Virus record (IMG/VR): IMGVR_UViG_3300007960_000015
Span: 1-64,000 of that record
Reading direction: 5' to 3' (one strand)
Source: a virus
DNA length: 64,000 nt
The notes under the pieces are model-generated. The model worked only from the letters and a program-made list of their open reading frames with translations. It did no database searches and was not told where the DNA came from. Position 1 is the first letter of the stretch. Each line of letters opens with the position of its first letter. Positions 10,401-17,449 of this stretch are shown here, piece after piece. A program made the position numbers and the translations under genes.

Positions 10401-12413
10401 GATACCACAACAACTCGTTCAGGTACAAGAACAAGAACTGGAGTTAATACTTCTATTGGCACAGAGAATGTAACTACTAATGTAGGTGATAGAGTAGTAG
10501 AAGTTAATTTTGCCCCGTTCATGAGATCACGTTGGGTATCATTCGAAGGTACTCGTTTAAAACCTAATTCAACATTATACGCATTCTTTGATGATGTAGA
10601 TGTTTCTGATTGGGTTAATATGAAAGATTTAGATAATCTTTCTGCAGGCGATCAAACAACACATGACGAAGCAATTATTGTAGGCGAAAATACATTTACT
10701 GCTAATCCACTAGGTGCATCAGCTTTAACTACCGATGCTAATGGTTATATTAAAGGTTCATTTTATGTACCTAATAACAGTTCATTAAACTTTAGAACAG
10801 GTGATAAGAAATTCTTATTAACTGATTCTTCTACTAATAATAATGATCTAACTAATACATCAGCCGCGGCAGTATACACAGCCAGAGGATTAATAGAAAC
10901 ACAAGAGAATGTGGTATTAAGTACTCGTGTTCCTGCTATTCAAAGGACTACAGTTCAGCAAAGTCGTGTAGTAACATCTACATCTACTGCCAGAAGATTT
11001 ACTTGGGTGGATCCTTTAGCACAATCATTTATGGTAGACATTGATGGCGGTGCGTTTATTACTTCACTTGAATTATATTTCACTACTAAAGATGATAATA
11101 TTCCGGTTCAAGTGCAGATTCGTAAGATGGATCAAGGTATTCCTACACAAGAAATCATTCCATTTAGTGACGTTACATTAAATAGCAGTGACGTTAGTAC
11201 AACAGGTACTACAACATTTACATTCGATAGCCCTGTATATTTACAAGATGGTGTCGAATATTGTTTTGTTGTATTATCTAATTCAAATCAATATACTGTT
11301 AAGTATGCAGAGATTGGTGAAGAAGATGATAACGGTAATAGAATTTCTAAACAACCTTATAATGGTGTGTTATTTAAATCACAAAATGCTTCAACTTGGA
11401 CGCCAGATCAAAATAAAGATCTTGCATTTAAGTTAAACAGAGCTGTATTTGATGTATCTACTGAAAGAGAAGTTGTATTATATAACGAAGCTTCTCCAAC
11501 TCGTGCTTTAACATACGATCCATTATATACTACTAATGCATCAGCCGATGTAATTGTTGCACATAAGAATCATGGATTGTTGGATGGTAATTCAGTAACA
11601 TTATCTGGTATAACAGCTGACGTAAATGGTATTCCATTTGCTGAATTAAATACTTCTCATACAGTTTCTTCTGTTAAGAGAGATCAATATACAATCACAG
11701 TAACTACACCAGCCACAGGAACAGGTATTGGTGGTAATTCAGTAATGGCTACTCAAAACTTAGCTTGGGATGTATTGCTTCCGTTAGTACAAGAAATTAC
11801 ACTTCCTAATACAGGTATGACTTGGGGAGTTAGAGGAACAGATGCATCTACACATACTACTGCGAGTACATATAATCCTATTATTATTAATCAGAATCAT
11901 ATGTCATTAACACCTCAAGTAGTATTACCAGGTTCAACTGCTTCTTTATTCTTAAAGGGAACATTAAGTTCATCGAAAGATAATGTAAGTCCGGTAATTG
12001 ACTTAGATCGTTGTTCTGGTATTACGATTTCTAATAGAATTGATGAGAATACAGATGTGGCAGAAACAGATCCTGTTGGAGGTTCTGCTTTAGCCAAATA
12101 CGTTACTAAAACAGTTTCATTAGATAATACTTCCAATGAAATTAAATTGTTCTTGGATGTTAACAGACCGAGTAGAACTGATATTGAAGTATACTACAAA
12201 TCAGGTAATGATTTAGCTACTTTCGATACTCAAAATTGGACATTAAGCAGTAAGGTTATTCCTTTTAATGATTCGGGTTCTTATGAAGAAGTAGCTTATA
12301 GTATTACTCCTGCATCTTCATTTACGTTGTTTGCTATTAAGATTGTGTTTAAATCACAAACAACAAGTTCTATTCCTTCAATTAGAAACTTTAGGGCTAT
12401 TGCGGTAATATGA
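7443..12413 (+). CDS. vrlC: VrlC-like / DUF4815 large virion structural protein
   Basis: PYWDD..RVLFRPGHAVQARELTQLQSMLQNQ; APGAHR; LARRTYDESGNY; NRRYTMRDIGKLE; DPLAQSF; LFKSQNASTW. Confidence 0.88.
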   Translation: MAIKFNIEPYWDDYNTPTAVDGLTPKEKYNRVLFRPGHAVQARELTQLQSMLQNQVSSVGDHLFKEGSVVIPGSVSVFNDIDYLKLSALNVTANAAIGLTFTDGTNSAKVIHAVEAEGTDPITLFVQYVEGSAKFADAANLTTSTLETATVDTSGKGSIVSIDDGIYYVKKHFVIVKAATVVLSKYTTDVSYDVGLLVNEELVSAGEDVSLNDNAQGTPNESAPGAHRYAIKTSLVKQANNANNGNFVLLARLQNGIVSHQVRATDYSVIEETLARRTYDESGNYTVNPFTASAKDHVGADTTKLSLGIEPSKAYVRGYEIQTLDTTNVDINKARDTALVTDRVTELTHDNYIIVSSLISTPDTTTFEKFDITNGSVVIGSARARLLNSENTSPATYKIHVFDVSFTGSYSIDDATAIENSGNLSATIDSHNLSKDSLVYPLPYERISTCSAETDPLNPPDYNYRFETNRDVGQSQVANHEAIFYCATTNEVFGSTSNEANWILEVVSFGTGTDGTILDLTASDIVVDNNNVPPKVTVTMPTGPHGTHDGDTVKLIAPTIRTLTHKTKSKISASTVLSVALNFNNWQNLGHADVLRIVSIDDNGVDVTRHFDLDNGQRDTHYGVGAIRIKSTSLYVPSADLTVDYEYFSHTTGDFFTVDSYSGAVDYEDIPNYNGIELRSSVDFRPRMDNSGGNYTGTGASTSICPRPLSQFETDIQYYLNRIDKVYLDKDGEFGVLEGVADLNPELPGEPKDAMVLYHVFVPAYTLNPEEVIINYIDNRRYTMRDIGKLESRINNLEYYTTLNMLEAAAEQRQILDNAGLPRFKSGLLVDSFTDTTVGRVNSQEYRASIDRSTGTLRPLFSEGNSKLLFDNSLSDTQKTGDLVTLPYTVSALIDQSQYSGSINVNPFDVFNWTGTLKLTPATDEWKDIDRRPQLIVNQDGVFDALRDILDENVATGTVWNSWQTNWTGATTRTSNNFNWGWAAGVDTTTTRSGTRTRTGVNTSIGTENVTTNVGDRVVEVNFAPFMRSRWVSFEGTRLKPNSTLYAFFDDVDVSDWVNMKDLDNLSAGDQTTHDEAIIVGENTFTANPLGASALTTDANGYIKGSFYVPNNSSLNFRTGDKKFLLTDSSTNNNDLTNTSAAAVYTARGLIETQENVVLSTRVPAIQRTTVQQSRVVTSTSTARRFTWVDPLAQSFMVDIDGGAFITSLELYFTTKDDNIPVQVQIRKMDQGIPTQEIIPFSDVTLNSSDVSTTGTTTFTFDSPVYLQDGVEYCFVVLSNSNQYTVKYAEIGEEDDNGNRISKQPYNGVLFKSQNASTWTPDQNKDLAFKLNRAVFDVSTEREVVLYNEASPTRALTYDPLYTTNASADVIVAHKNHGLLDGNSVTLSGITADVNGIPFAELNTSHTVSSVKRDQYTITVTTPATGTGIGGNSVMATQNLAWDVLLPLVQEITLPNTGMTWGVRGTDASTHTTASTYNPIIINQNHMSLTPQVVLPGSTASLFLKGTLSSSKDNVSPVIDLDRCSGITISNRIDENTDVAETDPVGGSALAKYVTKTVSLDNTSNEIKLFLDVNRPSRTDIEVYYKSGNDLATFDTQNWTLSSKVIPFNDSGSYEEVAYSITPASSFTLFAIKIVFKSQTTSSIPSIRNFRAIAVI

Positions 12414-12604
12414 TAAAGGTAAAGGGATATGATACATTATACCGAGATCGAGCTTCGGGTGCTATTATAAATAAAGATAGGATGGGAGCTCAAGCTGCTA
12501 TGGAGAGATATGAGCTTCGTGAAGTACAATCAGATAGAATTTCAGCACTGGAAGATAAATTATCAAGAGTTGAAATGTTATTAGAAAAATTAATAGAGAA
12601 ATAA
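12410..12604 (+). CDS. Small coiled-coil hypothetical protein following vrlC
   Basis: 64 aa, KVKGYDTLYRDRASGAIIN; ATGA overlap with the vrlC stop. Confidence 0.7.
   Translation: MIKVKGYDTLYRDRASGAIINKDRMGAQAAMERYELREVQSDRISALEDKLSRVEMLLEKLIEK
12466..12473 (+). promoter_or_regulatory. Possible late promoter box
   Basis: TATAAATA inside the 64-aa gene, ~130 nt upstream of fibre gene 12606. Confidence 0.4.
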
Positions 12605-12605
12605 T

Positions 12606-14705
12606 ATGGCCAATACTATTAACGTTAATCTTACAGATACTTTTGAAATTTGGAGAACCAAGACTAATGAGATTGGTACTGCAGTAGGTGATCTTGATAA
12701 TTTAAATCTTGCTGGTGAATCTGGTGAAGATACAGTAATAGATACTTTAAATAATCTACGAAGTGAGGCGGATGACCATGAAAGTTGGATTGGTAATATT
12801 AACAACCTCCATACTAGTCATACAGATTTAACAAGTGCTTCTAATGCTAATAAAGCAGATATTGATACAATAGCATTAGCTGGCGGTATCGACTTGGTTA
12901 ATGGCGGATTATCAGGATATAATGGAAGTGAGTCAGCTGCTGTAGATATCTTTAATGCTCACTTATCAGCTATTCAATCAAATGATAGTGATATCTTAAC
13001 ACTCCAAACAGATTTAAATACTGCTGAAACAGATATCGTAGCTATTGAAACTGATATCGGTGATTTCTCTACATACACAGGAAGTCAGAGTGATATTACA
13101 TCAGTATTAAATGATTTCAAAACAGCCTTAGATGGTACTTCAGGCACTTATGTAGACGCTACTGGTGATACCATGACGGGTGATTTATACTTTACCTCTG
13201 GCGGGGTTCAAGCTTCTGGACAATACTTAAATTTAGGTGTTGGTGGTACACAAACTATTCGTATTAATACATCAAATAGAATTGGTATTGGTAAGGCAGC
13301 ACATACATCTTATAAAATGGATGTTTCAGGAACATTAAATGCTACTGAATTGAGAGTTGGCGGACAAGATACTGACGATCGTTATATTATGAACTCAACC
13401 GGTGGTGGTACTTCTACTATTGGTTCTGATATTGAATTATCGGGTGATGTTACTATTTCACAAAAATTATTAATTGGTTCTGAGACAGTATTTGATGACT
13501 CAGCATTCTCATTTAGTGAATACATTGAAGATGTTGCTGGTAATATGTTCGAATTAAATGCAGAATCTGGTGGTATCGCGGCAGCCTACAATGATACTAC
13601 AGGTAAGATTACATTATCTATTGCTGACGACGGCCACAATCACGTTATTGGTAATATTGATAACTTCACAGAAGAAGTACAAGATATCGTTGGTAATATG
13701 ATATCTAACAATTCAGAGTCTGGTATATCCGTAGATTATGATGATATAACAGGTACTTTAGATTTTAATGTAAATGATCCAACTATTACTTTAACAGGTG
13801 ATGTTACAGGTTCAGCTACAATGTCAAATCTAGGTTCTATTACTATTGCCACTACAGTTGGTAGTAATAATGTGGCGTTAGGTACTGATACAACAGGCAA
13901 TTATGTTAAACAAGGTGCAACGAGCGGTAACGGTATTTCTGGATCTGTTAATAGTGAAGGGGGAACATTTACTGTAACCTCGAACGCTACTTCTAATAAT
14001 ACAGCTTCAACAATTATCTTTAGAGATGCTTCTGGTGATTTCGCAGCTGGTTCTGCAAGTCTTACTGGTTTATCTGTTACTAATGATGCTACTTTTAATG
14101 GTAATATTACTGTTAATGCTGATGACGCGGCATCTACTATTGTGATGGGTGATTCTGATGAAGGTAATAGAACTATTAAGAATGATTCGAATCAAATAGG
14201 TTTCTTGAAGCAGGATGGTGCTTGGGCTGCTTATGCTGACGATAATGGTAATTGGACAGCCGCAGGAGATATAACAGCTTCTGGTGGTGATATGTATGCT
14301 ACTTATTTCCACGGTCAGGCTACTTCTGCTACTTACGCCGACCTAGCAGAGAATTATGTGGCAGATGATAATTATCAACCAGGAACAGTATTAGTTTTAG
14401 GTGGCGAAGAAGAAGTTACTCAAGCAGTTAATCAAAATGATAGGGCTGTTATAGGAGTTGTTTCAACACAACCAGCACACTTAATGAACTCTGGTTTACA
14501 AGGGCCAATGGTAGTTGCTGTTGCATTAGTAGGACGTGTTCCTTGTAAAGTAACCGGACCAATTAAGAAAGGTGATCTTTTAGTTTCAGCAGGACACGGC
14601 GCTGCTATGGCAAATAATAATCCTCAAGTAGGAACTGTAATTGGAAAGGCATTAGAAGATTCAGACGGTGAGAATGTCATTGAAGTCGTAGTCGGTAAAT
14701 TATAA
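12606..14705 (+). CDS. Tail fibre/collar-type protein with C-terminal autoproteolytic (peptidase G2-like) chaperone domain
   Basis: N-terminal TDTFEIWRTKTN and coiled coil; G/T/S-rich body; C-terminal YADLAENY..PGTV..GVVST.P..VALVGRVPCKV.G.IKKGDLL. Confidence 0.75.
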   Translation: MANTINVNLTDTFEIWRTKTNEIGTAVGDLDNLNLAGESGEDTVIDTLNNLRSEADDHESWIGNINNLHTSHTDLTSASNANKADIDTIALAGGIDLVNGGLSGYNGSESAAVDIFNAHLSAIQSNDSDILTLQTDLNTAETDIVAIETDIGDFSTYTGSQSDITSVLNDFKTALDGTSGTYVDATGDTMTGDLYFTSGGVQASGQYLNLGVGGTQTIRINTSNRIGIGKAAHTSYKMDVSGTLNATELRVGGQDTDDRYIMNSTGGGTSTIGSDIELSGDVTISQKLLIGSETVFDDSAFSFSEYIEDVAGNMFELNAESGGIAAAYNDTTGKITLSIADDGHNHVIGNIDNFTEEVQDIVGNMISNNSESGISVDYDDITGTLDFNVNDPTITLTGDVTGSATMSNLGSITIATTVGSNNVALGTDTTGNYVKQGATSGNGISGSVNSEGGTFTVTSNATSNNTASTIIFRDASGDFAAGSASLTGLSVTNDATFNGNITVNADDAASTIVMGDSDEGNRTIKNDSNQIGFLKQDGAWAAYADDNGNWTAAGDITASGGDMYATYFHGQATSATYADLAENYVADDNYQPGTVLVLGGEEEVTQAVNQNDRAVIGVVSTQPAHLMNSGLQGPMVVAVALVGRVPCKVTGPIKKGDLLVSAGHGAAMANNNPQVGTVIGKALEDSDGENVIEVVVGKL

Positions 14706-14708
14706 ATA
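14701..14708 (+). promoter_or_regulatory. T4-type late promoter box
   Basis: TATAAATA 5 nt before ATG 14714. Confidence 0.6.
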
Positions 14709-14713
14709 TTAAC

Positions 14714-15055
14714 ATGGCGATATACTCAAACATAACAATAGACCAAGGTTCAGACTTTTCAACGGAAGTTACTGTTGAAGATGCGACCGGTAATCCAGCA
14801 GACCTTACTGGGTATATCGCCGCTGGACAAATTAGAAAAACATATACAAGTAGTACAGCATATGATTTTATATGCACTATTGCTTATCCTGTACAAGGTA
14901 AAATTAATGTGGCTATGTTAAATAATATAACCGAAACAATAAAACCTGGCAGATATGTATATGATATAGAAATTAAAGAAGGTGTTAATGGCCCTATTAC
15001 AAGAGTTGTAGAAGGTCAGGTAGAAGTAACACCAAGTGTAACTAGGAGCTTATAA
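14714..15055 (+). CDS. Small virion structural protein (Ig/BppU-like)
   Basis: ITIDQGSDF...DLTGY..AGQIRK...PGRYVYDI...TRVVEG.V.V.P.VT, a family common in marine T4-like phages. Confidence 0.65.
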   Translation: MAIYSNITIDQGSDFSTEVTVEDATGNPADLTGYIAAGQIRKTYTSSTAYDFICTIAYPVQGKINVAMLNNITETIKPGRYVYDIEIKEGVNGPITRVVEGQVEVTPSVTRSL

Positions 15056-15267
15056 TGGCACTAAAAGGCCGTATTAAAAATACAAGGACGATTCAGGCCA
15101 AGCAAATGTCGTATACTCCTACGCAGAAATTGAGCGATTTATTAGATGTAGATACAACTAATAGACGCGACGGATCGGTACTTATTTGGGACGAACAAAC
15201 TCAAACATTTAAGGTTATCGGCGAAGTAGAAAATGATGGTTTAAATATAATAGGCGGAAGTTTCTAG
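15055..15267 (+). CDS. Small tail-associated hypothetical protein
   Basis: 70 aa; LSDLLDVD..DGSVLIWD and a terminal GGSF motif like fibre termini. Confidence 0.6.
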   Translation: MALKGRIKNTRTIQAKQMSYTPTQKLSDLLDVDTTNRRDGSVLIWDEQTQTFKVIGEVENDGLNIIGGSF

Positions 15268-15317
15268 CTAAATAGCAAACTTACTTTCGGTATAACTTAA
15301 TTAAGGAGAAATAAAAT

Positions 15318-17063
15318 ATGTCAGGTACAGTAATTATTACTAAGTTTTCCTTGACTAATGCCCAACCGATAAGTAATGCATTAGCCCAAGGTGAACAGGC
15401 TTATTCGTTTGTCTCAGATAAACTCTGGATTGGCGAAGATAACGGCGGAACTATCGATCCAATTGCGATTGGTGGTAAGTTTTATACAGATCAACTCCCA
15501 GCTGCTTCATCAGGTTTTGGTACCCTAGTTGCTAACCAAGCACTTGTAGTTGATTCAAATAAGAAAATTGATGTTATTAATGTTGATAATATTACCCTTG
15601 ATGGTAATACTATTTCAACAACAAATACTAATGGTGATTTAACTATTAGTCCTAACGGTACTGGTTCTGTTGGTATTCAAGCCAGCACAGATATCGTTGG
15701 TAATTTAACAGTTTCGGGTACAGCATCCATAACTGGTCAATCATCTTTTACATCAATAAATGTTACAGATCTAACAGATGGTAGAGTACTATTAGCTGGT
15801 ACTAATGGTGAATTAGAAGATTCTGGTAATTTAACATTTGATGGATCAACATTAACAGTAACTGGTATTATAGATGCTGATAATGTAAGAATTGATGGTA
15901 ATACAATTTCAGCTATCAATACAAATGGTGGATTAACATTAACACCAGCAGGCTCAGGACTTGTTACAGTCGATACTGATCAAGCTATGGTTGTACCGTA
16001 TGGTACTTTAGGTACTAGACCTTCAGCGGGAACAATTGGTGATGGTGCTATTCGATATAACACAACAGATAATAGATTTGAAGGATCAGTAAACGGTAAT
16101 TGGACTGGTTTAGGTGGTGTAGTTGATATTGATCAAGACACTTATATTACTGCTGAAGCTACTTCAGATGATGATACACTAACATTTGTTACTGCTGGCA
16201 CTACAGAAATGACAGTCGACTCTACAGGAGTTGATATTACAGATAGAGTTACTGTTCCTACAGCAAATATTACCACAGCTAATACTACTACTGAAAATGT
16301 TGGTACTATTAATGTATCCACTCAAATGCAAGTTAATGCTGATGCTAACTTCGCAGCTGGTATTGATGTTACTGCTGGTAATGTAGATATTGCAGATAAC
16401 TTAAACGTCGATGGTAATACAATCATTGGTGGTAACCTAACAGTTAATGGTACTACAACTACAGTTAATTCGACAGTTACTGAATTATCAGATCCTGTAA
16501 TTAAAGTTGGTGAAGGTTCTTTAGCTGCTGGTGATGCTAATGATCGTGGTGTTAGCTTTGATTGGGGCGATGGTACTGATGTTAAGACTGGTTTCTTCGG
16601 TATGGATATCCAAACTGGAAGATTCTCTTTCAAGAAAGACGTTGATACTGGAGATGAAAACTATGTAGCTACTTGGAGTGATGCTCAGTTTGATAAGTTA
16701 TTCCTATCAGGTGATGCTTCAGTAGATGATAACTTAATATTAAGTGCTAATGATATTACTACAACTACTGGTGATTTAACAATTGCACCAGCTGGTGGTG
16801 ATACTAATGTTACTGGTACTTTATCAGTTTCTACTGACTTAACGGTTAATGGTGATGTAACATTTGCTAATGACGTTCCAGTAACATCTGGTGGTACTGG
16901 CATGAGTTCATTTACAGGTAATTCAATCTTTGTATCTAATAGTCAAGGCGATGCAATTGCATTTATTGCACCTCCAAGTACTGATCCTGAAGATTATATT
17001 ATTAAATTTAATTCAGCAGGTGTTCCAGTTGCTTCTAACACAATTGATGGAGGTACATTCTAG
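15318..17063 (+). CDS. Tail fibre-like structural protein
   Basis: AAGGAG RBS; LAQGEQAYS; repeated IDGNTIS.NTNG.L...P.G.G; GGVVDIDQDTYI; GNLTVNGTTTTVNST; terminal IDGGTF. Confidence 0.8.
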   Translation: MSGTVIITKFSLTNAQPISNALAQGEQAYSFVSDKLWIGEDNGGTIDPIAIGGKFYTDQLPAASSGFGTLVANQALVVDSNKKIDVINVDNITLDGNTISTTNTNGDLTISPNGTGSVGIQASTDIVGNLTVSGTASITGQSSFTSINVTDLTDGRVLLAGTNGELEDSGNLTFDGSTLTVTGIIDADNVRIDGNTISAINTNGGLTLTPAGSGLVTVDTDQAMVVPYGTLGTRPSAGTIGDGAIRYNTTDNRFEGSVNGNWTGLGGVVDIDQDTYITAEATSDDDTLTFVTAGTTEMTVDSTGVDITDRVTVPTANITTANTTTENVGTINVSTQMQVNADANFAAGIDVTAGNVDIADNLNVDGNTIIGGNLTVNGTTTTVNSTVTELSDPVIKVGEGSLAAGDANDRGVSFDWGDGTDVKTGFFGMDIQTGRFSFKKDVDTGDENYVATWSDAQFDKLFLSGDASVDDNLILSANDITTTTGDLTIAPAGGDTNVTGTLSVSTDLTVNGDVTFANDVPVTSGGTGMSSFTGNSIFVSNSQGDAIAFIAPPSTDPEDYIIKFNSAGVPVASNTIDGGTF

Positions 17064-17064
17064 A

Positions 17065-17072
17065 TATAAATA
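17065..17072 (+). promoter_or_regulatory. T4-type late promoter box inside an 8-bp inverted repeat
   Basis: TTCTAGAT-ATAAATA-ATCTAGAA (17058-17080). Confidence 0.5.
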
Positions 17073-17088
17073 ATCTAGAAGTTAATTT

Positions 17089-17128
17089 AAAAGCCGAGAT
17101 AAATTAACTTTTGCCTCGGCTTTTTTTT
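17089..17128 (+). terminator. Rho-independent terminator (with alternative/pseudoknot pairing)
   Basis: AAAAGCCGAG (17089-98) pairs with CTCGGCTTTT (17115-24); T8 run at 17121-28. Confidence 0.7.
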
Positions 17129-17130
17129 AT

Positions 17131-17138
17131 TATAAATA
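17131..17138 (+). promoter_or_regulatory. T4-type late promoter box
   Basis: TATAAATA directly after the terminator, 33 nt upstream of ATG 17171. Confidence 0.7.
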
Positions 17139-17170
17139 AGAGTAATAAGGTAAATTTCTCATAGGAAAAG

Positions 17171-17440
17171 ATGGCAGGAACCGTTTTAAAAATTAAACAA
17201 ACATCAGTAGCCGGTAGAGTCCCTACCCATAATACTGGTAATAACACTGATATCGAACAGGGTGAATTAGCCTTAAATACAGCAGACCAAAAATTATTTT
17301 CAAAAGATGCTAATGGCAATATATTTACTATTGGTGATCCAGAAATTTCATTGACATCAGACGGTATAATAAGCAAATTAATGAATTTGGGCCACAGTGC
17401 TGATGAAGACGGGGCTACTATAACATTCGATTTAAATTAA
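17171..17440 (+). CDS. Small fibre-attachment-like protein
   Basis: KIKQTSVAGRVP...GELALNTADQKLF, an N-terminal motif shared by many phage fibre proteins. Confidence 0.6.
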   Translation: MAGTVLKIKQTSVAGRVPTHNTGNNTDIEQGELALNTADQKLFSKDANGNIFTIGDPEISLTSDGIISKLMNLGHSADEDGATITFDLN

Positions 17441-17449
17441 AGGTAAACT

